A DNA stretch of 64,000 nt from an uncultured Christensenella sp. (GTDB lineage Bacteria; Bacillota; Clostridia; Christensenellales; UBA1242). The DNA is taken from positions 22 through 64,021 of the forward strand of contig CAZNJK010000004.1 in the NCBI GenBank assembly GCA_964573405.1, written 5' to 3'. Made by a program: the position numbers and the translations under genes. Shown here in pieces: positions 12,401 to 27,400 of the stretch (positions within the stretch are counted from its first letter, which is position 1; the number at the start of each line of letters is the position of its first letter). Below the pieces are notes generated by a model. That model was not told the origin of the DNA and did no database searches. It worked only from the letters and a program-made list of their open reading frames with translations.

Positions 12401-15400
12401 AGTACGTAACCCATGTACAATTGACCATTGGTCGATTGTGCCTATATGCCCGGTGTGTTCAAAGTAATATATGGTTGAATTAGTCAAGTTAGCTCTACTA
12501 ATGCTGGCCGTATTCTCGTTGTCTGTTATGATGTACGCTTTGTCTGTAACATTTCCGCTAATTGTGGCGATTGTTTCTGGATTTATTTTAGTACCTTCCG
12601 CTTGGGTGTTTGTGACCGTAGCCTGAGCACAACGATCAACATCAGAACCCACCTTGAAAGTAGTGTTGTAGTTTTCTATCCAATCTAGTAGTGGATATGA
12701 GTTGCCTTTAACAGTCCAGTTGACATTTCCAGTGAATGCTTTTTGACCAACTCCGCCACTCTTCAACAACTCTTCACTAGTGTACCCTGTGCCATAGTCG
12801 TTGGTGATTTGTAGCATATCCTTGTTGTATATGCAGTTTGTAATTTCGGTACCAATACTACTACTTTTATAATAAGCACCCACAATTCCACCGATGTAGT
12901 TAGGCTTATATTTATCTTCTTGATCCACCGTGTCGTATTCAGCGCCATAGGACATTGTAATCAACTTATTTAATGCGTTGATATCGCTAGCATTGATGAC
13001 AATGCTTCCGGTATATAGTAGGTTTACGCCTTTTAAACATGCGGTTCCTACAATTCCGCCTACTCTTAGGTCAGCGTTATAACTTGTAGTGTTCCCGACT
13101 GTAAGGCCGGTGTAATTAATACGGATGTTGCTAGAAGCATAGCTATCTTCCACTGTTAGAAGCGATTCAATACTTCTACTCGAACTAACTCCTGCCCAGC
13201 CTACAATTCCGCCTATTGAACAATATCTGCGATAATTAGACCCCCCATCATCTTTTACGGATGACGCATCATTATTAGGCTTGTAATCCGCTTCGATATT
13301 TACATTAGTAGCACACTTCTTAAATGTCGGCAAGGAATTGGCATTTTCATATACTTTTGCTTCGCCGACCAATCCGCCGATAGTGTATGCGGTGTTGTTG
13401 GCACTTATGTTGCCACCTACATAGCACTGCGATATTTCGTTGGCGGTATCGACAACTGCACTAAGACCACCTATTACAGATGCTGTAAGTTTATATGAAG
13501 AATTACTACTATCCTCATTTAATTGGACATTATTTAAGACTACATTTGTAGTTTTTTCTGCTCTCAAATATCCTGACAATCCGCCGACGATGGAGTTGGT
13601 ATTTGATTTTACCTTAATTTCGCCCGAAGCGATGATTGTGTTTATTGTTGTAGCACCTTCATTAGAGCCAAACAATCCGCCTAGGCTAGTCTGATGGTTA
13701 CCTGTTCCGTTGATTGCTTTATATGTTACTTTAGTGTCGCTTGCGACATAAACATTTTTAATGCAACTACAACTTTCGTACTTACCTATAAGGCCACCGG
13801 CTGAGATTTGCGTGACATAGGACGAGTTTACATTTACATTGATTTCGCCATTGATGTACCATTGCCCCGAAGTATTATCTTTATCACTAGTTTCTCCTTC
13901 GCCAATTGAAACACCTTCCGATTTTCCTATAATGCCACCGATATTGGCTGTCATTTTGTTATTATTTATTCTACCATCAGTTATTCCTGAAGATAAGTTA
14001 ATAGTACTATCAATTGTCACTTCGTCATTAACAAGGAATTTGTTAAGTTTCAAAGAGCCATTTATGTAGCCGAAGTATCCGCCTACACACACTCTTCCGG
14101 TTTCTTTATTTGCTAATGCAACATCAAAATCACTAGTAGATAACGTCTCTTTAATTTCATCGTTAGTTGTAAATTCAGTAGTAATTGTGACTTTTGATAC
14201 TTCACCTGCAAATGAGTGAGGATCAAAGTTTGTAGTGGATTTGCCCGTAGATGTTTTTGAACCCGCCAATTTAATATATCCAAACAATCCGCCTACATAC
14301 TGCTCGTTAGTAGCCCCTTCACCATCGCCGGTAACATTAAATTTAAGGTTGTACGCTCTAAATGCACTTGGTGCGGTGTATAATTCATACTCTGTCGTAG
14401 CACCACTCTTTTTCAAGTAATATGCTTCACCACCATCTGAACTTGGGTTAAGAAGCCCATCTGTTGTTGCTGTACTTATCTTACCATATTCCAATATTGT
14501 AGTATCGGAGTATCCCGCAATGCCACCTACATATTGTGCACTTGAAGTGATTGTGCCCGAATTCGTAGAATTAAGTGTGGCTGTAAATGTCTCATAAGAT
14601 GTATGAAATTTTGGATGAATATTTACATTATGACTCCCTTCTACTATCACTCCAATTTCATTTACACTGTCCGACCACTTATCTCTAGTGCATTCGTCGT
14701 TAGTGCTATAGTCTTTACTACTTCCATATATGGAGATATTCTCAAATGTTGTCTGAGTAGCATAGCCGACTAATGCTCCTACATATTGCATATTGTGGCT
14801 ACCGCTAGTCTCAACTCCGGAATCTATATTCTTAACAACGATGTTAATATTCTTAAATTTAGCATTCTTCGTATAACCAAATATGCCTAGATACTGATCG
14901 TTATAACTTTTACTAATCGTGCCATCTTCATCATCTGTTTGGCGCTTACCAACATCTAATTCTAGTCCATATATTGTATATGTCCTATTTTCAGTAATTA
15001 CATTACCACTATCGATTATCGAACCAGAACTTCCAGTTGTAGAACTAGAACTTCCAGTTGTAGAACTAGAACTTCCGGTCGTAGAACCAGTTCCTGACCC
15101 CGTTGTTGTGCTAGACTCTTCCGACCCGTTATCAGTTATTCGAGCACTTCTTAGTGTGCCCATAAATGGATTTGATGCTGTTCCTACCGGGGTCCAGTTG
15201 CATTTATTGTCCCATACAATATCTGCCATCAAAACAATCTCATACGATGAGTTATTGAGTGCATTAATACTTGCATCTCCTTGCAATGCTTCCTTTAAGT
15301 CATCAAAATTATATACTAGAGTTGCAACCTTTGCTATGCTAATATGCTTAAATTCTGGGAATAGGTACTCGGTCTCTTCTCTTTGACCTTCACTATTGAT

Positions 15401-18400
15401 TGTTATACCATGCCAATATTTAACTGCCCAAGCAGAATATATAGATATTGCTTGATATGATAATGCTGTATCATATGAAGTAGTAACAGAGCCGTCAGTA
15501 TCTGTTGTTTCAAGTTCTCCGTTTTCAATAGAATCAACATTCTCGGTATAGGTAGACCCTATACGCTTATAAAACTCATTTGCTTCTTCGTAATCATACT
15601 TTCTTTGATACAATTCGTTAAGACTACGCATAGAACCATAGAATGTCATACGAGATACAATGTAATAGGAAGTACTTTGCACACTACTTCTATATTTTAG
15701 TGACATTAATCTTACACCACTAGATGTTGTTGTGAAATAGTTTGAATTATTATAACTTTTACTGTTTTGACTTGCCAAGTTGTAAGTACCGTCAGCATCT
15801 AGATCCTCGTTTTTTCCATATATAAGCCAATTAAACGATTCTTTCATATCGCCACTATATACTTCATTTTTCGTGCTATAATTTTGAATTTGAGCACCTT
15901 GGTTACCAAATTCCTTGGCAATATTTTGGGTCGCTTTCTTTAACGAAATATAAGTGTATGTTTGCTTGTAATAAATTCCATCAGACGAGATTCTACCACT
16001 AAGTGCTCTTGTTTCTCCTAAGATTTTTCTTAATTCTTCTTCTGCTGAAAATGTATTTGTTGTTGTTTCAGTTGATGGAAGTCCACACACATACCCTACG
16101 AGCATTCCCATTGTTGCGTCAGCCAAGTTAGGGTTGGACTGCGTGCCACGATTTAAGTTAAGATGTGAGTATTTCCAAATATTTGCACATACAACTTCTC
16201 TAAACATTACTTTGTTTTTAACACTACCATACTCTGGGGATGTGTAGATAAAGTATTTAGATATGAAATTATCATTTGCAAAATAATTAATTTCGGACTC
16301 GACTTCCCATGTGGAGCCGACTTCTTGTCCTTGAATGTTAAATGTTATTTTAGAGCCACTAACACCTCCAGTAGTGTTATGTCCACCCGAAGCGATACCT
16401 ATAAGTCCGCCAAATGCTTTGTAGCCTTGGACTGAGCCAGTGACATACACTTCGATATAAGAACTTCTAATATTTAAGCCCGCAATACCGCCCACATATA
16501 ATGACTCGATATTCGCGACATTTACTCGGTTGTAACATTTTTGGATTTCTCCGCCGATGTTCATCCCGACTAATCCGCCTGTGAAGATTGCGTTACCGCT
16601 GAATAGGTTTTGGACGCCTATATTGTAGTCGACTGTTGCGTTGTCGTACTTTTTGGTGTTTTTGCTTATATCTTCGTCAATATCTTCTTGGTCGTAATTG
16701 CCAACGACACATCTTAGAAGTGAGCCTTCGTTGTGACCTACAAAGCCACCTACGACTCTGGAGCCTTTTAGCATCATTCCGTCTTTTGCTTTCAATTCGC
16801 AATCGGATACATTAGAATTGCTCGATAGGAATCCAATCAATCCGCCCACAACTTCGCCTTCTACTGAAATTTCGCCGGATGTTGTAAGTCTACGAAGTCT
16901 GTACATTTCGTTTCGGATATTGTCGATGTCCGCAAATCCTAGGCTCGAGAACTTGTTATTTATACATATTCCCACGATTCCGCCAGCATAACTTACTTTC
17001 TTTAGGTTGTCGGCGTCGTATGTATAACTTACTGGGATTGCCGAACTAGAACCCGATGTAGAAGTCGTGGTCGCACTTCCAGTTGTCGTGGTTGACTTGT
17101 TGCTATCGTAGTTGTCGTAGCCACCACCCAACCCCGATTTTGGTGTAAAGGCGTTGAATGTCTGAATCTTCTTAATGTCGCCCACAGCGCTTGAGAACGC
17201 GTTGTATTGATAATAGAAGTTGGATTTAACCGACACATTACTCTCAATATTTACTAAGTCTGTTTCGCCCGAAATAATACCAGCCACAGCACCTACAGCG
17301 TTAAGTCCTTGCACGACATATTGTTCGCCCGTAATTTTGATGTTGAAGATTTTGCCGTCTGTAATTTCTCCGGCAAGAACTCCAACCATATTTATATTTC
17401 TTCCGTTAATTTGATTAACTTCGATGTTTAGGTTTTTAACAACCGCATATTTTGATGGAACTCCCGCACTACTTACGGCTTCACCCTTAATTGCTTTGAA
17501 TAGTCCTAGTCTTGTAAGGTTGTCACCATCAGCCTTAACTTCGTCACCGCTAATTCGCAAGTTTTTGATGGTCATTCCGTTTCCGTCAAGTTTTCCTTCA
17601 AATGTAGAACGATATGTGGTTGAAACTTCATCATCATTTGTAAAGGTGATTCCATTAACAAGACGGAAGTTTCTGTTGTCCTTTGTTCCACTTATGACGG
17701 AGTTGTTAAATGACTCAGCCGATGTGATTAGCAATGGATTGATTACCGAGCCTTGCAAAGAATCAACTTCTTCGTAGCCAGTACTACTTGATTTTGGAAT
17801 GTATATATGTTCAACATATCCAAAAGTGTATGCTCTTACTTCATCGTCATCGCCCGCCGAACTGTAACTTGTTGCTCCGACCATATATCGGATAGACATT
17901 GTGCGTTGGTTAGCGCTCACAAGTTGTGGATAACGGCCACTATAATCCGATTCTTTGAAGTATTTTAAATAGAATTCGTGTGCGTTCCCACTAGATATAA
18001 ACCATACGCCGTCCAAGATTTCGTAGTTTTGAGCATAGTCGTTGTTGAACGCGTAGCTTGCGAATGTAGGATATGACTCGAATGAAGCCTTTTCCAACGA
18101 ATCCGCAACATCTTCTGACATATTTGATATTTTAGAGTCATATTGATAGAAGCACTCTACAATTCTATTTTTGTCATCAACATTAATCTTTTTAATGAAA
18201 GGTGTATTTGTTGCGACATTTATTTGGACACTGCTTATTGCGTAGCAGTATTCGATAAGTGCGTCGGCGCCTGTGCTACTATAAGCAAATCCGCTTGCAT
18301 AGATACCCGAAACTAGAATCTGTGCATAGCTGTTGCTGATTGTTCCTGTATTTTCATATACAAAGCCACCTGCATAACTATTTGTCACAATTCCAGAATT

Positions 18401-21400
18401 CTTATAATTTGCTGTGGAAAATTTGGTGCTAAGGTCACTGTCAGAGATTCCAGTAATGTTACTGGTACTGCGACCTTCAACATAGCTATAGTAAATCTCA
18501 CCACTATTTCTTGAAACTAAGCCACCACAACCGCTGTTGATTTTTGTGGTTGAGTCGCCTACTATATTGCCACCCTTGAAATAACTACTGCTTATGATTC
18601 CAGTGTTGTATCCTACAAGGCCTGCAACATAGTCTTCGCCGTTGATACTTACATTCTCAACGCTACTATTTGTAATATTTCCTATATTTTGACCAACAAG
18701 AAGTGCGATGTTGTTGCCACGGCTGGTGGTTTCGTCTTTACTATTGAACATATAACTTACACGAACCGTGTCGACGCTACTTATATTTTCGAATTTTTCA
18801 ATTGCGTAAGAGAAATTATCTCCTGAGCCCTCAAGGTTAATCTTGCCCCTACTTGCGCTAACGTTATTCAATGATTCATTTCTAATTGTGCGAAGTTCTG
18901 TAGCACAATTGACAATGCTAATATTTGTAAGGATTCCGTAGTTTGCACCAGCCAACAATCCGAAGTTTGTGGATGTTTTTAATGTGCTTATATCTACATC
19001 TAAGCTTGTAGAATACACTGTGCTACTACTTATCTTGTAGTCATTTTTAATCGTACTATTTACAACATCATCATAGTCTTTGTCAGAACCCACGAAATCA
19101 AACGGCATTGTACTTGGATTGACTTCGATTGTTAAGTTTTTGATGATAGTGTTTTCACTTATAGTGCTAAATATTCCAATGTTGTAGCCTAGGTCGTCTT
19201 CTTTTAAGTTCATACCCGACACACTTGCGAATGACACAATTGTCAAGGCGTATCCGTTGCCGTCTAGTGATTTGAATTCAGCCTTTATAGGTTCCCAAAG
19301 TACTAAGTACAAGTCTTTCATAAGAATGTAGCACTCACCCTTTTCCATTGTCTTAAATTCGTCAACCGTCATTATTGGCTTTGGATTGGTTTCGTCGCTA
19401 TATGCATATACCGTAATCAAAACATAGTTGTTAAATATGAATTTTGAATACGATTCGCTAGAAACTTCTATGCCATTTGTGGTGTAATTAATTCCCACAT
19501 CTGCCCATAGGAAGCCGGTCATATATGTGCTCAACATTCTTAATACAACCGAATTATTGGCACTATCGTACTTCAAGTACATTTCTCCACTAAATTCATT
19601 TCTTCCAGGAACAAGAAGTTTTGTTCTGTCTATGCTTGTTCCTTGGCTCAAAATAGAGAAGTTTTGAACATTTGCGTGGATTTGAGCATTTATATTTTTT
19701 ATTTGATAAGAAATATCGCTATCTCTATAATTTTTAGTTAGCCACTCGGAGTAGCCTGCGCTATATTCTGCAGTTGCCGTAATATTTAAATCATACATTT
19801 GATAATAATCGGCAATGATTTGATAACCCGACCTATCTACTCCGTCTAGGTCTATATTTATGCCAGTAACTCTAAGTGGAACTAGCAAGAATTTAATAGA
19901 AGCCGAATCTCTAACTCTCATTCCATTGATTTCTTTATATCCAGCAATCTCAAGAGTAAATTCTCTATACATAAATTGATGGAATATGTTGTACACATAA
20001 TTTGAGTCGCCTACTCTGAATTTAAGGCCATTAGAATTTACAATGCTCCCCAAAACATCCATATAATCATAATTACTTCCTACTGTTTTTAAGGTTGCAA
20101 CATAATCTCCGTCAAGATTGGATGTAGAAATAGATATATTAACAAGGTCGCCGAAAGTAATTTCTCGAGTATCTGTCGATATGCTTACGCTTGGACGAGC
20201 CTCAATATCTAGAATTGCACTCTCTTCAAATAAAGGTGTGCTTACGCCATTTAAATAACCTTTGACCGTAATCTTTGTGGATGCTCCCGAAAGATTGGAA
20301 TTTGCGGTAAGTGCAAAGTATAGTGTTCCGTTGTAGCCTTTTTGTCTACTTGGGTCACTTAATTGATCTTTGTAAGAAAATCTTGCAATTGTCTTTATAC
20401 TATTGATGCCGTTAACATAGGTTTGTCCGTCATAATAGTATTCAAACCACGAATATTGGTTGCTGTTGCCGGAATTGTATACTTCAAGAACTTGGTTAAC
20501 TGCTATTCCGCCTTGGCTGGACTCAACTGTAACATAATCAAAGCGTCCAAAACTTGGGAACAGGTCAACTTGTAGTAGGCTTGTAAGTCCTGGGATAACA
20601 ACCTTTGATGGGTATTTGTAACTATCATAGTTAACTGTTCCAGATATCGCACTGTTGTTGTCGGTAACAAAGAATACATTTGTATAATGGTTTAGATATA
20701 TTCTTTCCACATCTTGTGGCAAAATATTAATGTTCATTTTGTGGAAAAATTCTTCTTTGTCCACTATTTTAAATACTAATTCGTACTCATACTCCATTTG
20801 AATTAGATTTTGCTCGGACTCGTCAATATCTGCACTGAAAATGTATGTTTTTAATTTCGTAATGGAATTAAACGATACATCTTCAACGGTCAATGTCAAA
20901 TATCCCATATCTCTATAAGACATTATTATAGTTTGACCTTTAACAAGTTCGTCAATACTACAAACATTTGTGGTGTCACCATTAACGATTGCTGAAAGGC
21001 TAACTACTGGTGAGTCTGTATCGGAACTAACAACCACGCTGAATTGATTTCTATCAAGTGCGTAAATGCTAAATCCGTCGCTACCAGTAATTCCATACAC
21101 TCCTGGAGTGAATGTAAATGTAAGGCCTTTTTCTCCACCATATTGTTTGCATTCGCGTCCATTGTAAGTGTATTTGAAGTATTTTGATACTGTTACATTG
21201 ATTTTGCCTAATATAGCGCAAGATACAGCCTGAGAAAGTCCATCAACTTCTATTATTATCTCATCTCCGTCTATATACGAATATGCGCTACGACCAGCAA
21301 TATTTAGCGATGTTAAAAATTCATTAACGGTTTTTCCATATTCCAAGTCAGAAATGCTATTCTTATCAAATACATATCTAACCCCAAATTGATAAATGCC

Positions 21401-24400
21401 TTTATAACTATTAATGTTGGTTGTTAGCAATTCACCATCTTCAACAGGAATATTTAAATTATTGCCGTCAATTGTGCTATTTATTCCGCCTATGTTGATT
21501 GTTTCGTCTACATCGTGACCAATCACAATAATATCAAATTTGACTTCCAATCCGTTCAACTTCGTGCGGATTGTTAGTGTTGATTGACCTTCCCCAGCCA
21601 AAACAATTTGCTCTCCATCAATGGTGAACACTCTGGAATTGCTTGATAGGTACCTTAGTTCCTTATCTGCAAGTTCTGGAATAACATTTACATTAATAAG
21701 GTTGCTAATTGTTATTTTTTCTCCAACACTTCCCGTTATATACAATGCTCCGTTAATGTCAGTTGGACAAGAAACGCTAAGTTCATGTTCTTTTATATCT
21801 GCAATAATTTCATTTGGTGGAATTTCCGCTACTAATTCTGGGATTGATGAAGTCACATCAACATTAATATAATTAGCAAAAGGAATAGGATATCCATTAA
21901 GAATATTGTCTTGGTCATCAGCGGATGTATTAAAGTACCACTTGTATCCGCCAGTTTTAATTGTGCCGTTATTGTCGTCATCATTAAGTGCTGTGCCACT
22001 TGATACTATATATGCCACTTGGCTATTAGAAGCCCTACTCACATCACTTGTGCATTCATACTTCTTGTTTAATAGGAACTCATCCCCAACAGAAACCCCA
22101 TAAGTATGAAATCCTAGTGTTGTATCTGATGAATCTGTAGTTTTCCAATTGCTAGCATAAGTACCTAAAAGTGCGCTTAAATTCTTTCCTGTGCCATCAA
22201 TATATCCTTCTACATATTCTAGACCCGCAACACCCACATCAGGAGTAATATTTATGTCAACATTACTACCCCATACAACTTTCGAAATCAAGTTGTCGTA
22301 AATTGTATAATACTTCGATATATCAGTTTCATCACCCGATTTGCTTACTTGAGAATAGTAGTCAAAGTTATAATCTACGCTCGATACTGTTATAGCGGTT
22401 ATTTTCTTTGCATTGCTTTCTATAAATGTATGTGCTACTTTGCCAACTTCAGCAAGGCTTGGTGTTGTCCCTGTTGAAGTATCGTCCTTAACCACATTTA
22501 CTTGAGTTGTAAATCCCATATAGAACGAATTGCGAGCAGTTACATTTGGATTGATGTAAGTCCTTTTAACACTATCGGAAAGACCATATATCTCTCGATC
22601 ACCTACACCAGCAGAAGAGCCTAAAGCTACTTTGATTTTATCATTATCTGTCCATTCACATGTCAAATCTGAAGAAGAAGTGTAGTTTTTTGTTGTTCCG
22701 TTGTCCAAACCGTCAAAAGTAATTGTGTAAGTTGTTAAAACTGACATTTTAATATATGTCGTTGTTGTTTTATCAATTGCTTTAAATGTGATTTTTAATG
22801 CATGCGTACCATTATGCTCATAATGTCCCAAATAGATATTAAGAATTGATTGATTGCTATTTGTAACATCTTTACTAACGGTTTCGTTCTCGCCGGCAAA
22901 GTTTTGAATAAACTCTGCGGTTTCGCCAAATTTAGCGTGTTTGAATATAGTGTAAGAATTTTCGATGTTGTAGTTTGTAATAGCGCTAGTTAATTCAACC
23001 GTTTTATCGATTTCACTGGTTCCCGGATAAACACTATCTTCGTAAGTTATCAATCCTTTAGGGGCTCTGCCTACAAATCCACCAATTGTAATTTCATCAT
23101 CATAATTAACTAGCCCGTCAACTCCCGAATACTTAATTGAAAGGGTTGCGCCGTCTTTCACATTCCCAGCAATTCCGCCATAATAAATGACTTCACTGCC
23201 TGTGCCTAATGATGGCTTATATACTGCGACTTTAGCATTGAAATAACTGCTTTCAACATTTAGTGCTGTTCCTACATATCCTACTAAGCCACCCACATTA
23301 GCACTTGCATTAGTTTGCACTAGGATGTTGCCATTAAAGTAGGCGTCAGAGTCTTCACCAACTTTCTTCATTTCGTACTCAGTATAATCAACTACACTAG
23401 AGTATGTGATTGATATATTGGCTTCAGCACGACCTACAAGACCACCCACATCGTTAGTTCCAACAATTGAAGAGCGATAGGCTCTATCGAAATCGGATTT
23501 TATAAATTGCACTTTGCAAGAATCTAAAGAAATGTTTCTTGGAGATTGTCCTACAACTCCACCTACTCCACTATTACCCTTTACATAGCCAATTACGGTA
23601 GCATTAGATAGTTTTGAACCGCTACCTTCATTATTTCCGACAACTCCGCCTACTTTATTGCCACCAATTATGTACGAATAAGCGGTAATATCACTTATAT
23701 CAGTAGAGCCATCGGTAATCATACCAATTATACCGCCAACTCCATCATATGACGAACTGGCAAGACTGCTTTTTGGAACTGTATTGATTACCGAATATGC
23801 GGTTAATTTGCTAACGGTTGCATTATTTACCCCAGCAAAACCACCAACTGCGGTACTGTTACTGTCACTTGAATATATGCTAACTCTAATCGATATATCT
23901 TTTGCAGTGCCGTTAAAATAACCAAACATTCCACCAATTATGCCATTAGTGGCGTTATTTGTATACAATATCCCGTAGCCTTTTATCGTTGTGCCAAAAT
24001 TACTAATATTTGAATCTGAAGGGTTGAAATTAATGTACTCAGCATTCGAGCTATCTATAATCATACAAGAATTTATTGTTGTTGCCATAGCATAACCAGC
24101 CAAAGCGCCCACATAGATTGTATCGCCTGTCGCCGAAACATTAATTTCAAAATCTTTCAAGCAAATATTCTCAAATTTCGCACCACTAACATATCCAAAC
24201 AATCCGCAATACGCGTTCCCCGTATTGTCTCCCGATTTCTCGATTTTCAAATTGTAGATGTTGTACATTTCGTCGTCTTTCGACTTCAATCCGCCCGTGA
24301 ATGGCTTGTCGTAAGTGCCTATAGGCGTCCACGATCTCTTATCCATATCGATATCGGCGATTAATCTGTAGTATGATGTTAGGTCGCTATGCATTAGGTC

Positions 24401-27400
24401 TAGAGTGTTCCAATCATACACATCATAAGGATTTTCTTCCGTTCCCGTATGAAGATCTAGCACCAAATCTCTACGTTTCATATTTGACAATTCATCAATC
24501 GATTTGTCACCACAATCATAAGAATCCGCACTTATAAAGCACAATCTCATTTTGTTGGATATTCCAGCAAAATACGATATGAACTTTTCTTTATTTGTAA
24601 TTGTAAATGTGATTTTTCTTAAGGTGTAGTCAATTTCAATATTCAATCCACTATTTGCTTCAAAACCACTTGTGCATGTTGCACCTACGACTTTGAAGCG
24701 TAAGGTCTTGAATGTATCTTCACCCAAATCAGTCTTTAGTTTTATTAACTCTTCAGAAGTGTAATACTTTTGCTGAACGATTGCCGAACCCACAAAACAT
24801 TCCCCTTCCGCATAGTTTAGATTTTCATATTTTAATTGCGAATAATCTACAAATTCCTCAGTTGCTCCTACGCCAGTGATTGTAGCTACCTTAAATAACA
24901 ACCCATCAATTTCAGTCTTGTTAGGTGTCAAAGTATAAGGGATTGTAAATACATATTCACCATCGTCATACAAGTCCACTTCATTTTTGTTGATGGTCTT
25001 AGTCGAGTACTCTTTTGATGTTCCAATCGCAATATTGCTTGTCATAGTAGGGTCAGAATTAGTAAACCCTATATTACTCACCTTATTAGGAAGCACAATA
25101 TTGTAATTCACATTTGCGGTGATAGTCACATTATAACTATCATAATCAAAATACACAAGGTCACCGCTTGCTTGAAGAAGATAAGTCAATCCTCCAAATT
25201 TAACACACCATTTGGAATTTGTCCCATCAAAGCCGAAAGAAGTCGTTGAAATTTCGTAGCCGGACACATAATCAACTCTTGAGTCGACTGGATTGTCCTT
25301 ATTTGTATATAAATACACATTGCCTATTGCTATACTGCTGTTGCTAATATCATCATTATCGACTCCCGATACATAATATCTTTTTTGAATGGTCAAATTA
25401 TGAGTTTGATTGTATATTAGACGAATACGGAATGTAGAATCGTCAACAGAACCATTAGAATCCTTAATTTTCAAAATTGACAATCTAAGTTTCATATAAT
25501 TGGTTCCGCTTAGAATTTCTGGCGTGGATAATTCAAATTCCTTAAATCCAATCACCATTTCATTCTCGCCACTACCCATAGTGATTTCCGATGTCACTAA
25601 AGACCTGCTCACAAACCCGCCTGATAAGGTTGTGGTTCCCATCGATATATCGTACCACTTGCCATCCATAGGGTTATACATTTGAAGTGTAACATTATTC
25701 AAATCCACGCTAGCATTTGACGGATTTACATAGTAGTAAGTTTCGCTTATGCTATTTTTCACAACATCCGCATACTGAATCAACTCGCCGTTTTTGTCAT
25801 AATACTTTGGACTAATTGTTTCGCCAATATCGTTAGTACTTACTTTATTTAGCAATACATTGGCATTACTTACAGTGATGTTGTTTACAGGTCTTGAGAC
25901 CTTAATTGTCACCGTATATGTTTTGTTAGGCACTCCAGGATAGGTCACTGCAAATGTATGTTTTTCTTCAGTTGTAGGGTTGTTGCCCGATACAAGCCTA
26001 TAATTAACATTATCAAATCCAACGACACTTCCGGTGGAATTGTGTACCAATTCATATCCGCTAGGCAACTCGCCCACATACGACACACTATTGAACACTA
26101 CCACCACACTCATTGCCGACTGAACAGTCATATTGATAAATGTTGACTCATTGTCTTTAACAACCGCATTGCCCACAATCAACTGAACATCTGCCGAAGA
26201 AGGGTCGATTGTAACATTGATGTTTATGGTATCGACAGACCCATTAGGTGCTATTACCTTCAAAGTTGCAATGCCTACACTATCGTCAATAAGTTTTACC
26301 CTAGCAGTGTCAACATTCAACTCAACAAGGCCGTTGTCATTAAGAACAAATCTTAATTCATCATAACTTGGCAATCTCGTGCCACTAACTGCGGTAAGTT
26401 CGTTTCCGCTCGCATTATAAAACTTAACAGTTTCTTCCGAATTAACATCGTTAGTATAGAAAGTGATGTCTTTAAGATTAACTTGATAATCAGGGGTGAT
26501 GTAAGAAAGGGTGTTGCGATATACATAATTCCCTATTCCGCCACCTACTGGAGAATAAGTATTATCCACACTATTGTAGTCGTAAGCCACCTTAAACGAT
26601 GTAATAGACTCCGACAACACACTTCTTGCATATAACACAAAGTTGCCATTATCTCTATCATATGGTTTCATTCCGCCATAATCTTCGTTGTTGTACTTAA
26701 TGTATAGCACTGACCCGCTCTTTACTCGGGTATAAGGCGTAACTATACTGCCCTTGCTGTCATATATGGTGAAGTACTCACTAGGCGCCGATGCTGACCC
26801 CGAATACCCGCGTTGCATTTGTTCGTATTCCCCAGTGTCGTTATATCCGCTATTCTCGTATGCTTCATTTTGAACATTGTCATCAGATATTCTTACATAA
26901 TTGCCATCATACTTAAATCCTAGCACCCCAACATACGCATATTGATTAGCAAGAATTTCGCCAGCATTGTTAAGCACTTTCACATAGAAAGGTGTGCCAA
27001 GTTGATTGAAATACTCGTTGTACAAGGCAATGTCATATTGCTGGTCATATCGGCTATCGGTCAAGTTCGAGTTGTTGCTAATAACAACATCGGCTGGAAA
27101 TGTGTCGATAATGACCTTTACGGAAATATCTATGCCGTCGAAGAATTTCTCGTAGCCACTGTAGTTAAGGTTGAAATACAACACATCGGAAAAGCCTTCG
27201 CCGGTACCGTTAGAAACACGATACCCCGGGAAAGTGCTTCCGCTATATGTGTATGGGCTTGCGTACACTGCGATGTGCTCGCTTGTGGACTTGTCCATCT
27301 TAGTGAAAGATACCACATCTTTGTTGTTAACTACAATTCCGCCACCAGCATTTGAGCCGGTCTTCTTAAACAAAATGTCGCCACTAGTAGCCGTCTTCTT

